Shown here: piece by piece, positions 19,438 to 30,940 of the stretch
Numbering within the stretch: the first letter of the stretch is position 1
How the letters are laid out: each line of letters starts with the position of its first letter
Assembly: GCA_963663765.2 (NCBI GenBank)
Contig: CAXXUA010000006.1
Location: 160,001 to 224,000, forward strand
Reading direction: 5' to 3'
DNA from: Candidatus Poribacteria bacterium
GTDB lineage: Bacteria > Poribacteria > WGA-4E > WGA-3G
Length of the DNA: 64,000 nt
Translations under genes and position numbers: made by a program
The notes under the pieces: generated by a model
What the model saw: the letters and a program-made list of their open reading frames with translations, nothing else
What the model was told of the DNA's origin: nothing
Databases searched by the model: none

Positions 19438-22400
19438 ATGAACCAAAACGATATAAAATCCGCATTAGCAGCAATGCATACCGGTGATCTGTTAGAAAAA
19501 TCAATAGATCTGCTATCCACTTTAGGTTACCGCAGTGAACTTACACTGGAACTCTCCGGCACAGTTGACGATTTTTTTGAGGAATTCCGAGGACAGAACC
19601 CAAACACCAAAACAGAACAACATTTCCGTGATAACGCCAAATCCGCACACATTATCTTCCAATTGACCAAAGACGAAATCGTAAATAATCCACAGTTATC
19701 ATTGCTTGAACCTGCTGCATTTGATAAAGGTAATGCACACTGTTTCCTTATCTGTGCTGTTGATTTAAAAGACAACCACTACTCCCGCACCAAATATGCG
19801 GAGTTTACACGTGAAATTAACAAAAGACTTTTTGCCCCAACAGTGATTATATTTCGTGCAGGAGAACATCTAACAATTGCATTTGCAGATCGCCGACCAA
19901 GTGAAACGGACGCGAATCGTGATGTGTTAGGACAGGTCACCCTCATCAAAGACATCAGGCTCAATCACACAGAACAAGACCCACACCGCGCGCATTTGGA
20001 AATCCTCTCCGAACTCTCACTTGACCAATGTATCCAGTGGATGAACGATAACAGAAAACCGCAAAACTTCGACGGACTACTCGCTGCATGGCTCGCAAAA
20101 CTGGATACAGAAGAACTCAACAAACAATTCTATCGTAAACTATTTGCATGGTATGAATGGGCAGTTGACGATAATAATGTCAAGTTCCCAACAGATGAGA
20201 ACCGCGTCATCAAACGAGAGGAACATGTCATCCGACTCATCACCCGTCTACTCTTTATCTGGTTCATCAAGGAGAAAGGACTGGTCGCGGAGGAACTGTT
20301 TAACAGATATGAAGTGCTTGAGCTGCTGAAAGAAAATGACCTTGAGAACGGGGATTCCTACTATCGCGCCGTGCTACAAAACCTATTTTTCGCAACATTA
20401 AACACGGAAATTGAAAAACGCAAGTTTAGCACGGGAGGTAATCAAAATCACCGTAACTTCTCTAAATATCGCTACAAGAATCAAATGGACGATCCAGATA
20501 AACTTTTAGACCTTTTCTCCAAAACACCCTTCATTAATGGAGGTTTGTTTGATTGTTTAGACTCCTTTGATGCGACAACAGATGGCGGCTATCGTGTAGA
20601 CTGCTTTTCTGATAATCAATACCACAAGTTAAGCATTCCCAATCAGTTCTTTTTTGATGCCAAACGAGGACTGATCCCCCTCCTTCAACATTACAAGTTC
20701 ACTGTTGAGGAAAACACACCGATAGATCAAGAGGTAGCACTTGACCCTGAACTGCTCGGTAGAGTATTTGAAAACCTACTCGCTGCTATCAACCCGGAAA
20801 CGGGAGAGACAGCGCGCAAGATGACAGGTTCCTTCTACACCCCACGCACCATCGTTGACTATATGGTGAACGAGGTGTTGGTCGCCTCACTATCTCAAAA
20901 GTGTCAACAGACCGATTCCGATAAGAAACATTGGGAGAAACGACTACGTTCTCTTTTTGATTATACCAAAAACTATGACGATCCTAAACAAACATTAGAT
21001 GACGACAACGCAGATAGAGTTGTTAAGGCAATTTCTGAACTCAAGATACTGGATCCAGCGGTCGGTTCAGGTGCGTTTCCTATGGGGGTGTTGCACAAGT
21101 TGACGCTGGCACTCAGACGACTTGACCCAGATAATACCCGTTGGGAAGCATTACAGAGAGACTTAGCAGGAGAACGTGCAAAGGAAACATTTGCTTCAAA
21201 AAATGATCAAGAACGTCCAGAAGAACTTACTGAAATTGACGACACATTCAAACGTTATCGGGAATCGGATTTCGGTCGGAAATTGTATCTGATTCAGAAC
21301 AGTATCTTCGGTGTGGATATCCAACCGATTGCGTGCCAAATTGCCAAACTCCGATTCTTTATCTCGCTTGCCATTGAGCAGGAGCCGAACAGAGATCCAG
21401 ATAATAACTTCGGCATAAAGCCCTTGCCAAATTTAGAGACAAGGTTTGTTGCTGCAAACACACTGATAGGTATCAATTTATCTGAAACAAGGGGACTGTT
21501 CCAAGATGATACTGTCCAGCAATTGTTAAAAGAAATTGACACAATTCGTGAGAAGTTTTTTCTTGCAAATAACCGAGGACAAAAACGAATACTGGAAGAG
21601 CAGGAAAAATCTTGTCGCCAGCAACTTGAGAACGAATTGGAACGGCAGCGAACAGAGTGGACAGAAAACAGGCAACGAAAAATTGAAGATGAAATTTCCT
21701 CGCTTCGCAATTCAGAACAGCGTAGACAGGTCCGGGAAAAGAAACAGAAAAAGTTTGAAGCACTTAAGAAAGAATTTGATGAAGACTTTGAAAATGCTCG
21801 TAAAATTGCCCACTGGAAACCCTATGACCAGAATGCAAAAGCTGATTGGTTTGACCCAGAATGGATGTACGGGGTGAACAGTGGATTTGACATTACCATC
21901 GGCAATCCGCCTTATGTCAGAGCAGATGCAGATGAAAGAAACGCTGAATTACGACAGCAGATTAGAAATAGTAAGCAGTATGAAACACTTTATGAGAAGT
22001 GGGATCTGTTTATTCCTTTCATTGAACGGAGTTACAAATTACTTAATCCTGGCGGATTTACAACGTTAATCGTTTCCGATGCCTATTGCCACGCAAAATA
22101 TGCAATAAAATCTCAAGAGTGGTTTCTACGAAATGGCAAGATATTACGGTTGGATTTTCTCGGTAAAATTCAGATTTTTGATGCTGCAGTAAAGAACGTA
22201 ATCTACCTATTTCAAAAGGTGGATGGAAGCGAAAACAAGCCAGAACGTAGAGTGCATCAAAAAGAATTTGGTTCAGTCTATTTTTTATCAACTGGCGAAC
22301 AGCAGAAACTTACGCAACGGGCATTTTTCCCAGAAGATTCCAACCAATCTCAATTTGCAGCTTCAACTATACCACTCGACGAAATTTGCTATATCAGCTA

Positions 22401-23106
22401 TGGACTGAGACCAAATAGTGATCCACAAGATAAAGAGAAATTTGTTACTTCCGATGTTGTTTCAGATGAAAAAGATCGTATTCATAGCGAGCCATTTGTT
22501 GAGGGAAAACACTTAGATCGTTGGCTTCCAAAAACAAACCTTTGGATTGAGTGGGGCACGAATCGTGCACCAGCAAAATTTTATAGACCAACGTTCCCAG
22601 AAATGTATACAGTAGACGAAAAAATACTAATTCAACGACTACCGGGACCAAATATAAAGGCTTGTTATGATAATCAGAAACTCGTTTTTACACCAAGCAG
22701 TGTTGGTTTTATTCTTTGGCATAACTTAACAGGTGTTCGCAACAGATCCATCCAAAAACAGGCACGCTATCGAGATGAAAAGCAAAAAATCAACTTATTC
22801 AAACGAGAAGAACTTGAAAGGAGTAGCCAACGTTTTTCCGTAAAATATTTGCTTGGCGTGATGAACTCAACTTTTGCTCGTAATTTCTTGAGGACAAATC
22901 GTCGTAGCAATATCAGTCTCTACCCTGACGACTGGAAACAGTTGCTTATTCCTGATGTATCATCTGAACAGCAAGTCCCAATTATTGCGTTAGTTGACAA
23001 AATTCTTGATGCGAAACGTAAAGGACTTGAGAGAAAGGTAGCTCGTCTTGAAAAGAATTTGGATAAGGAAGTATCCGCACTTTATGGCGTTGATGATAAG
23101 GAGTGA
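19438..23106 (+). CDS. Eco57I/type IIG-like N6-adenine DNA methyltransferase with C-terminal target-recognition domain
   Basis: PFINGGLF, GSFYTP, ILDPAVGSGAF (motif I), GNPPY (motif IV), YLLGVMNS. Confidence 0.9.
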   Translation: MNQNDIKSALAAMHTGDLLEKSIDLLSTLGYRSELTLELSGTVDDFFEEFRGQNPNTKTEQHFRDNAKSAHIIFQLTKDEIVNNPQLSLLEPAAFDKGNAHCFLICAVDLKDNHYSRTKYAEFTREINKRLFAPTVIIFRAGEHLTIAFADRRPSETDANRDVLGQVTLIKDIRLNHTEQDPHRAHLEILSELSLDQCIQWMNDNRKPQNFDGLLAAWLAKLDTEELNKQFYRKLFAWYEWAVDDNNVKFPTDENRVIKREEHVIRLITRLLFIWFIKEKGLVAEELFNRYEVLELLKENDLENGDSYYRAVLQNLFFATLNTEIEKRKFSTGGNQNHRNFSKYRYKNQMDDPDKLLDLFSKTPFINGGLFDCLDSFDATTDGGYRVDCFSDNQYHKLSIPNQFFFDAKRGLIPLLQHYKFTVEENTPIDQEVALDPELLGRVFENLLAAINPETGETARKMTGSFYTPRTIVDYMVNEVLVASLSQKCQQTDSDKKHWEKRLRSLFDYTKNYDDPKQTLDDDNADRVVKAISELKILDPAVGSGAFPMGVLHKLTLALRRLDPDNTRWEALQRDLAGERAKETFASKNDQERPEELTEIDDTFKRYRESDFGRKLYLIQNSIFGVDIQPIACQIAKLRFFISLAIEQEPNRDPDNNFGIKPLPNLETRFVAANTLIGINLSETRGLFQDDTVQQLLKEIDTIREKFFLANNRGQKRILEEQEKSCRQQLENELERQRTEWTENRQRKIEDEISSLRNSEQRRQVREKKQKKFEALKKEFDEDFENARKIAHWKPYDQNAKADWFDPEWMYGVNSGFDITIGNPPYVRADADERNAELRQQIRNSKQYETLYEKWDLFIPFIERSYKLLNPGGFTTLIVSDAYCHAKYAIKSQEWFLRNGKILRLDFLGKIQIFDAAVKNVIYLFQKVDGSENKPERRVHQKEFGSVYFLSTGEQQKLTQRAFFPEDSNQSQFAASTIPLDEICYISYGLRPNSDPQDKEKFVTSDVVSDEKDRIHSEPFVEGKHLDRWLPKTNLWIEWGTNRAPAKFYRPTFPEMYTVDEKILIQRLPGPNIKACYDNQKLVFTPSSVGFILWHNLTGVRNRSIQKQARYRDEKQKINLFKREELERSSQRFSVKYLLGVMNSTFARNFLRTNRRSNISLYPDDWKQLLIPDVSSEQQVPIIALVDKILDAKRKGLERKVARLEKNLDKEVSALYGVDDKE

Positions 23107-23112
23107 AAAAAT

Positions 23113-24711
23113 ATGAAGATAAAATCAATTAAATTGGAAGGCTTTAGACGTTTCAAAAACCTAACAATAGAGTTACCTGAAACAGCACGTCTCGTAGTAA
23201 TGATAGGTCCAAATGGAAGTGGAAAGTCTTCAATATTCGATGCTCTACTAAGAACAAAGTTTGAGAAAGGACGACTCAATCATATTTTACCTGATTCTTA
23301 TCTAATCAAATTCGACTTATCAGAAAAGATTTACCAAGAGCCAGAGATAGAATTTTATACAGAATCTCAGATTATCCAACAAGATGTGTGGAGAAAAAGT
23401 GTACACCTGCGTTCAGCTTATAGAAATGATGCAATAGACACTTCCTACCAGTTTTTAAGTAAAACTAAATCTCTGATAGAGGAACGAAGATTTAATCGTT
23501 TGTCAGAAAATGATCAAGCTGTGGCATCAAACTATGATCGTATATTAAGCCCGTGGGTAGAACGCATTTCAGCAAGGAGACAGAGTGAAGAAACAGCAGA
23601 TGAGATTGAAGACGACATTTATGGGGAACTGCGAGATACAATAGGTGAATTATTTAGAGACCCTGAATTAACTCTAATCGGATTGGGTTCTCCAAAAGAT
23701 GGAAGAATTTTTGAATTTAACAAAGGAACAAGTCACGGATTTTCATACGAGAATCTGTCTAGTGGAGAAAAGGCAGCTTTAGATTTGATTCTGGATATAA
23801 TAGTTGCTAAGGCAGAATTCAACGATACCGTGTTTTGCATCGACGAGCCAGAAGCGCATATACATACAAAACTCCAAGGACCTCTCCTTGAAAAACTCTA
23901 CGACCTGATATCCCCTAATTCTCAACTCTGGATTGCCACGCATTCCATAGGCATGGTGCGTAAAGCACAAGACTTATGGCAAGCAGATGGAGAATCAGTC
24001 GTTTTTCTTGACTTCGGTAAAGACGATACCGGTCAAGACAGAGATTTTGAGAAACAGGTGACAATCAGACCAGCTAAACCCAACCCCAATTTATGGGCAC
24101 AAACTTATCACGTTGCTCTCGGTGATCTTTCTGAGTTAGTTGCATCTGAACAATACGTGTTTTGTGAAGGTGATGACTTTGATGCGGAGTGTTATCATAA
24201 TATTTTTGCGAGTCATCACCCGGAAACCCGTTTCATTTCTATCGGTAGTCGAAATAACGTAGTAAATGCCGTATCAAAACTAAAAGGAAGAATTGCAAAG
24301 GGAGCGAAAGTTATCGGGGTTGTAGACAGAGACAAAGCAACAGAGGGTGAAATCGAAAGGGATACCGAAGAAGGTATTCGCACTTTGTCACGTAAATCTA
24401 TTGAAAGTTATCTTCTTGATGATGAGGTGCTAACGAAAATGTGTAAAAACTATGGCAACCCTGACGAGACTCAAAATTTACTTACAGTAAAAAACGAAAT
24501 CCTCAAAAAACGGATAAATGAAGACAAATCAAAATCTTCTGACGATCTTAAACCTATTGCTCAAGATATTCACGTTCGTTCGCAAAATGTTTTAAAATCA
24601 GTTAACCTGGGAAATAGTAAAGAAAGTTTCATGAGAGATATCCTCGCCCCGCTCATTCAACCCGGTATGGAGGTCTATAAGGTATTGCACAAGGATATTT
24701 TCGGCGAGTGA
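23113..24711 (+). CDS. ABC/AAA_21 ATPase fused to a TOPRIM-like domain (OLD or fused-PARIS-like architecture)
   Basis: GPNGSGKS, LSSGEK, IDEPEAH, IATHS; C-terminal FCEGDDFD, VVDRD, SIESYL. Confidence 0.8.
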   Translation: MKIKSIKLEGFRRFKNLTIELPETARLVVMIGPNGSGKSSIFDALLRTKFEKGRLNHILPDSYLIKFDLSEKIYQEPEIEFYTESQIIQQDVWRKSVHLRSAYRNDAIDTSYQFLSKTKSLIEERRFNRLSENDQAVASNYDRILSPWVERISARRQSEETADEIEDDIYGELRDTIGELFRDPELTLIGLGSPKDGRIFEFNKGTSHGFSYENLSSGEKAALDLILDIIVAKAEFNDTVFCIDEPEAHIHTKLQGPLLEKLYDLISPNSQLWIATHSIGMVRKAQDLWQADGESVVFLDFGKDDTGQDRDFEKQVTIRPAKPNPNLWAQTYHVALGDLSELVASEQYVFCEGDDFDAECYHNIFASHHPETRFISIGSRNNVVNAVSKLKGRIAKGAKVIGVVDRDKATEGEIERDTEEGIRTLSRKSIESYLLDDEVLTKMCKNYGNPDETQNLLTVKNEILKKRINEDKSKSSDDLKPIAQDIHVRSQNVLKSVNLGNSKESFMRDILAPLIQPGMEVYKVLHKDIFGE

Positions 24712-24800
24712 TTCGTTGACTCATCACTGCACTGCTAACTCCCTCACAGGCATAGCAGTCCAACAAAAACTGTCTGAATCGCCATTGTGAAGGAAAAAGA

Positions 24801-25556
24801 ATGAGCAAAGGACTAAAAGTTTTCATCACTTATGCACATAAAAATTCAGAAGCAAAAGACGAATTGATAACCAGTCTTGCTGTCCTGAAGCAAAACGGAT
24901 TAATTGATGTATGGCACGACAACGAAATCCTACCTGGAGACAAATGGCGGGATGAAATTTTCAACAATCTTGCCGATTCGGATATGCTACTTTACCTTAC
25001 TTGTCGGTATAGTCTCGCTTCTGAAAATTGCAATAAAGAATTAACTGCAGCGTTAAATCCAAACATAAGAGTGATTCCGATTATTCTTGAACACTGTGAT
25101 TGGAAAAACCACAAACTCAGCGAATTTCAAGCCTTACCGGATAAGGGAAGACCAATATACGACATTAACGAATGGATTCCTGAGAGTAAAGGTTGGCAAA
25201 GTGTAGTAGATGGCATTCGAAAGGTCATTAAAGAGATGCAAGCTCAGAAACAATCTTCGCCTACTATAACACCCGAAGAAATAAAATTTCTATCTGATTC
25301 AATGGTGCAAAAGGGCAACTTCCTAATGATGCTGAAGCAAATAGATGATGCCTTAAAGGCTTACTCACGTGCAATTGAACTCAGTCCCAATAATACAGCA
25401 GCATTTAACAATCGCGGAGTTGCTTACCACGGAAAAGGCAAGCTTGATCTTGCTGTCAAAGATTATAACATAGCCAGGACTTACGCACCAAACGGTAGGC
25501 GGGGAATGCCTAAAGGCGAATGCGCGTATGGCATTCGCCATGATTCATACCGTTGA
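24801..25556 (+). pseudogene. TIR-TPR protein truncated by a MITE at 25475
   Basis: KVFITYAH..VWHD..I.PGDKW..LASENCNKEL TIR domain; TPR (AYSRAIELSPNNTAAFNNRGVAY); the last ~27 aa are MITE-derived. Confidence 0.8.
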
Positions 25557-25656
25557 TTTGGTGCTTTGTAAGCGCACTGGAAATATAAATAATGTTGAAA
25601 ATTACATCATTTTCATACCAATTCTTGTTTAAATCATAAAAACTGCGAAAGTCCTG
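25475..25656. mobile_element. CAGGACTTACGCA..TGCGAAAGTCCTG MITE with no target duplication
   Basis: Terminal IR; related ends at 6730-6742 and 63884. Confidence 0.75.
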
Positions 25657-25868
25657 TGGAGGATTCTTTTGATGTTGCTCAAGTGCATGGTGATGCCGCT
25701 CTCGTTTTTGACCTGCAGAAGGCACAAGATGTTTTGGGAGCGAGCATTTTTTGGATTCGTAAACAGATAATGTATAGCAATGAACAGGAAGTCATAGAAG
25801 GTTGGCAAATTAAACGTGACGAATCGCGACGCGGTATAGTTGAGGTAATTCAAAATGATTCAAAATGA
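25657..25868 (+). pseudogene. 3' fragment of a putative nucleotidyltransferase-like toxin (DUF6932-like)
   Basis: C-terminal GWQIKRDESRRGIVEVI pattern; begins exactly at the MITE end and overlaps the next start. Confidence 0.45.
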
Positions 25869-26178
25869 TCGGGAACTTAAAGCAACACTGAATCGCATTG
25901 AGCACTTTCAAAAAATAGTTGAAAAACTCAAAGCGTTTGAAACCAATCCACGGAATTATGAGTTATCCGCGGGCGGTTTTCTGTCCGAAATAGATCGGAT
26001 GAATCTTGAAGTGGCGGAATATTTATCTGTTCATTCAAGCGAACTGATAAAACCAATCACTGACACTGTTCACCTAATAATAGATGATGTGCATTTTCAT
26101 GCCTCAACGGAGCACGGGTGGGATCCCTCTCTGCAAACAGTGTCCTTGAAACGGAATAGCGATTTGGAGAAAAGATGA
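25855..26178 (+). CDS. Small helical protein, probable antitoxin partner
   Basis: MIQNDRELKATLNRIEHFQ N-terminus; translationally coupled to the upstream fragment. Confidence 0.55.
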   Translation: MIQNDRELKATLNRIEHFQKIVEKLKAFETNPRNYELSAGGFLSEIDRMNLEVAEYLSVHSSELIKPITDTVHLIIDDVHFHASTEHGWDPSLQTVSLKRNSDLEKR

Positions 26179-26465
26179 ACACACTAAGAATTTTCGCAGA
26201 CTTCCACAACGCAGACGTAAAAGGCAGAGTGCGGTTGAACTGCGCCGGTACAGTAGCAGATATCGAACGGCAGGGAATTGAACTGCAAGATGGACAGTCC
26301 ATTATCATCTATAGCGAAGAATTACAGGTTGAGGGTGTCGTTCACTACTCAGTAGAAGAAAAGTTATGGACAGCGGCAATTGATTGGAATGCCATTCGAG
26401 AAGTCCAATCGATTATACCTCAACCGGCAATTCAAGCCACCAACCACATGATGGAGAAAAAATAG
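26175..26465 (+). CDS. Hypothetical protein
   Basis: 96 aa, GGAGA RBS, ATGA overlap with the previous gene. Confidence 0.6.
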   Translation: MNTLRIFADFHNADVKGRVRLNCAGTVADIERQGIELQDGQSIIIYSEELQVEGVVHYSVEEKLWTAAIDWNAIREVQSIIPQPAIQATNHMMEKK

Positions 26466-26895
26466 GCAAACGGTGGCTACATTGCTGAGATGAAAATGAA
26501 TACTATGTAGGGCAGTTCAGCATCTCGGACGGATTGCACGTATTACGCGGATTAGTCTTCTGCTGTGCGGACAACCCAACTCTGTGAAAAGCACATTGAA
26601 ATACCAAAAAAATAATCCGGGGAATGCCTAAAGAAGCATGCGCGTATGGCATGCTCCATGATTCATACCGTTGATTTGGCGTTAATCCGTGTAAATACGC
26701 GATTCAGACATTTCCGCGATTGCTCAAAAAACCTATGTTAGTCCATTTGCAAAAACATCATGGTCTCTCAACCCAAACAGTCTACAACGACCTTCATGGG
26801 TATATTAGAAATCAAGACATCCACCTAAAAGAAGGTATAGAAGTTTGGTAAAGATGACATAAAATCAGACATGAAGAATTACATGCAAAGTTAAC

Positions 26896-27364
26896 GAGTT
26901 GTGCTAAATAACTTTATGTTAATCATTGTTTTACATAATCAGAACGTTTTGCAGGCAACCTTCATAGTTTGAAACGATCTTCAGTCCCGCCAAATGCCAT
27001 ACGGGGAATGCCAAAAGGCATTCATACCCGGGGAATGCCAAAAGGCATTCATACCGTTGATTTCTTGATTTGGCGCATTTGGCGTTGATTTGGTAGGGAC
27101 GATATGTTTATAGAAAAATGTTATCTAACTCTCTTGAGTTTCGTAGGAACGGCATAGAAGAATAAACATATCGTCCCTACGGGACTAAAGAACTGGGGAG
27201 AGTGTTCGTTTTCTATAAACATATCGTCCCTACGGGACTAAAGAGCGATGTTCATGTTTCAATAATCTAAAATTGATGTATAAGGTGCAGTTAGGAAAAC
27301 TCATTTGGGTATTAACTTTCAGTAAATCTCAATAACAGAAAACTCCTAAAACTGAATAACCCTG
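26896..27364. repeat. Composite repeat homologous to 6279-6742, ending in a CCCTG MITE terminus
   Basis: Shared unique block, two GAATGCC hairpins, GTCCCTACGGGAC palindromes, AAAACTGAATAACCCTG. Confidence 0.7.
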
Positions 27365-27371
27365 TCAATAG

Positions 27372-28274
27372 GTGTATCTGATGGATTTGATCAAAGTAAT
27401 GGAACGATTCCCTAATCAAGGGGCGTGTATTGAACATCTTGAGGGGATACGGTTGGGAAATAAGTCCAGATGTCCGAAGTGTGAAGGTAAACACCTAAAA
27501 CGCAAAAATGAGAGCGGAACAGAACGCATTGGACGCTGGCACTGTGGGGATTGTGGTGCATCGTTCAAAGTGACCAGTGGCACAATCTTTCAAGGCACAA
27601 AAATACCGCTGCAGTTGTGGTTTTTGGCGATTGTGCTGATGGCAAATGCAAAGAAAAGTTTATCAAGTTGCCAACTTGCACACGATTTAGGTTTGCAGCA
27701 ACGTACTGCATGGCGTATAATGATGAAGATACGTGTAGAGATGGTAAAAAATTAATCGTTATTAGAAGGTATCGTTGAAGCTGATGAAACTTACATCGGG
27801 GGAAAACGAAAGAAGGATTACGACCGAGACGAAGATGAACCCCGCAAACGCGGTCGTGGCACAATGAAAGACGCTGTTATCGGAGCGGTGGCACGCAATG
27901 GACACGTTGTTGCTGAAATGATACCTGACATCTCTGGTGAAACGATTGCGAACTTTATACGCGAAAATGTGGATACGGAAAATGCGACACTCTATACAGA
28001 TCAATTTACAGGATATAATATCATCGGGAAAGAGATGGAACACGAAACTCTGAACCGAAGTGAACAATGGGAAGCAGGTGAACTTCATACGAACACGATT
28101 GAAGGATTTTGGTCATTTGTCAAACGCGCTTGGTATGGTAGTCACCATCACTATTCAACTGGATATACGCCTATGTATCTGGCAGAGACGTGCTATAAGT
28201 ATAACTATAGGAGCATTGACATCTTTGATAAGTTTGTCAATGAAAGTGTAAGTTTCAAGAGAAAGAAATTTTGA
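27372..28274 (+). mobile_element. IS1595-family transposase, frameshifted near 27750
   Basis: Zn ribbon CPKC..WHCGDC; VEADETYIGG in the shifted frame; YTD; TNTIEGFWS; YLAE. Confidence 0.85.
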
Positions 28275-28540
28275 TATAAGATTTGATGCTTTAAAGTGGC
28301 GTATCCTTATGCTATGCCATGAGTTTTATACTATTCAAGAGTAAACGTTAGCATTTCTATAAACTCGTTTAGAGTTTTTATACGATCTGAATATTTCTGA
28401 ATAACTTCTGTTGGGAAATAGTCCCTTGTTGATCTGTTATAGAATTCATCTTAATAAATTTCTGGCGAGATTCTTAATCCCAAAACGACTAATTCCCTAA
28501 ATTAATCAATTCGGTTATAGTTAGCATTTGCGAATTCCTT

Positions 28541-29050
28541 TTAGTCTTTACTGAGTGAACGCCATTTTCTTTTTGTTGTGTCTAAGACTCTTATTTCACC
28601 GTTACCATCAGCGACATCTATAAAAACACCTTCATGTCCATCAGAGTTACTGACAGTAATTCCACCCCCGTTAGTAAAAAGTGCTTTTCCTTGCATGTCA
28701 ACTGTGATTTTTCCTTGTTTATTACTAACAGATATGGTTCCGTGTCCTTGTTGAACAGTATCTATTCCAACTACTGCCATTTCTTCATTGTTATAAACGA
28801 AGATATAACCCCCTTCTCCTTCTTTTCCTGCTTCCATCCCTCCTCTTACTTCCCCCATCTTTACCAATTGTTTCCCATTATTATCTACGATTAGCAATTT
28901 TTTGCAAACTATTTCATCAAAGACATTGTTTGCGTTTTCTTGTGCGTGTGCGTCTTGTGATTGGTTGTTTGGAAGTGATGCGATGAGGTATCCTGCGATT
29001 GTGAATAGACTTCCAACGAGCATATAGACTAACTTTTGTTTGAAATTCAT
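28541..29050 (-). CDS. Secreted/membrane-anchored hypothetical protein
   Basis: Signal-like N-terminus, GGAGA RBS, repeated GxIxVxNxxG beta motifs. Confidence 0.75.
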   Translation of the reverse strand: MNFKQKLVYMLVGSLFTIAGYLIASLPNNQSQDAHAQENANNVFDEIVCKKLLIVDNNGKQLVKMGEVRGGMEAGKEGEGGYIFVYNNEEMAVVGIDTVQQGHGTISVSNKQGKITVDMQGKALFTNGGGITVSNSDGHEGVFIDVADGNGEIRVLDTTKRKWRSLSKD

Positions 29051-29147
29051 TTATGTCTCCTTTTGTGTAAAGATCCGTTGTAACTTGAATTACTAACAAT
29101 ATTTAAATCGTTTTACCCTCCGAAAGAATTGTGTTGTGTGTCCATTG

Positions 29148-29366
29148 CTATTTGTCTTTACCATGTAGTCTTCTATAGATCCAACGGATTCCATAGTATA
29201 ATCCCCCGAGAATAGCACCAAATAGTACTTCCTTGATGATAGCTTCATAGAAATTATCTATGATGTAGCCAAATATAATGAAACCAATAATAAAAACTAT
29301 GATTGATAGGATTTTCATAAGCCTGAAAAGGAACTTTTTCCAATTAAGATCTTTATTTGTTTTCAT
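29148..29366 (-). CDS. Small two-TM membrane protein
   Basis: 72 aa, two hydrophobic segments with basic flanks. Confidence 0.5.
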   Translation of the reverse strand: MKTNKDLNWKKFLFRLMKILSIIVFIIGFIIFGYIIDNFYEAIIKEVLFGAILGGLYYGIRWIYRRLHGKDK

Positions 29367-29596
29367 ATAGGTTTGTCCGTTTGTAGTTTGTAAAAATTGT
29401 GTTGCATTAAAGTTTGCAATATAATATAACTGACATTTTTCAGATTAGCAGAGAATCCGCTAAATATCACTACAACGAGGGTTTTGAACCATGAAAATGC
29501 GAATATTTTGAGAAGTTGACTTGATTTTATACACATGAAATGTCATCCTATATAATAAAATTTCACTTTATTTGATTATATTTAGGAGGACATCTC

Positions 29597-30634
29597 ATGC
29601 ATCATCAGATTATCACATCTTTACAGTTTTTTCAACATCTTCTTATTTCTCGTTTTTGTCGTATTAGATCACAAATCATTGACACTTTACTTTTGTTATC
29701 CGTTTGCCATCTTTTTTGTCTCTATAATCCGAACCAAGTTGCGGATGCGTTGACAGATCCCAAAACGTGTCTTTATAGGGATCTTCACTCAATGAGCCAG
29801 TATCACTGGAAACGCTTGAATGTGCGGCTCGGGTGTGCTATGGCACTTGATTTGATCAAAGATACTGAAGCCAAGAGTGCTTCAACACAATCGCGTCGGT
29901 GTATTACCATCAGTGTAGATGACAGTAATGTGGATAAATATGGAAAAACATTAGCTTACTGTTCAAACTGATGGTCTAAAAAACACAATAACACCATTTG
30001 GGGGCAGAACATATTAGGCATCACGATCAAGATTGGTGATGTGGTAATTCCACTCAATACGCGCCTTGTTTCAAAACAAGGACGTGGTAATACAAAGAAA
30101 TCGGTTCTTTTTGTTGCCATGATGAAAGAAGTGTTAGATTTCTTTGATGCACAAGACATTGATATAAGAAAATATCCGATCACTTTTGATTCGTGGTATG
30201 GTAGCAAGAAACTGATCTAATTCTTATCAGGTTTAGGGTTTGTGTCCATATTGGTTGATGGTAAAAACAACTATGTGATGACCATAGATGATAAAAAAGC
30301 GAAACTTTCGGTTCATAAGAACTCTATACAACTGCATCAAGGTCAATGAGGATGTGGTGATAAACCTGTCTGTCGCGCAAATGCCAGCAGAATACGCGTG
30401 TGGTTTTCGCATGAGTTGAAATCCAGATTGCATTTATCTGATATGCGTTTAGAAAGCACGCAAGGTGCGACTGCGGGTCTCGGTATAAAAGTTATGAGCT
30501 ACCTTATGTTGTTGCATGTAAGTATCTTAGAGCGTCGCACATTTCATCAAATACAACTGCAACTTACCGGAGAAAGAGACATGTTAAAAGAAATTATATC
30601 GCATTTTCATAAACTAAACGCAAAAGAACCTTGA
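29597..30634 (+). pseudogene. Decayed DDE transposase (IS701/IS4-like)
   Basis: ISVDDSNVDKYGK and ITFDSWYGS motifs; in-frame stops near 29969 and 30218; apparent internal deletion. Confidence 0.7.
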
Positions 30635-30671
30635 ATACTATTGAGATTAGACAATTTTTGGGAAATATCAG

Positions 30672-30940
30672 CTTGACTATTATTCAGATTTAATGTATAT
30701 TTTATGCAGAAAACCATACGCGATTTGCAAATCGCGTGTTGATACACTTAATATTGCCTATGAATGCTGATGGTGACTGGATACTAAGCCCATTTGTAGA
30801 ATATGTCACGTATGGTTCAATGTTCATGCGGGTTCAGAGGCAATTTGACGAAAATTGGGTCATGAAAAAACGGCTAAATTTCGTCGCGTATGGAATCGGG
30901 CAATTTAGTCCGCACTGTGACTGGCTTCCGAAGGGGTGCT
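30672..30940 (+). promoter_or_regulatory. CRISPR leader of array 1
   Basis: About 270 bp homologous to the reverse complement of 48586-48857, and about 130 bp homologous to 50315-50449; ends CGCACTGTGACTGGCTTCCGAAGGGGTGCT. Confidence 0.85.

Noticed and set aside
15935-23106. Complete DISARM or BREX system
   Set aside because: No DrmA/DrmB (DUF1998) or PglZ/BrxC genes in the window.
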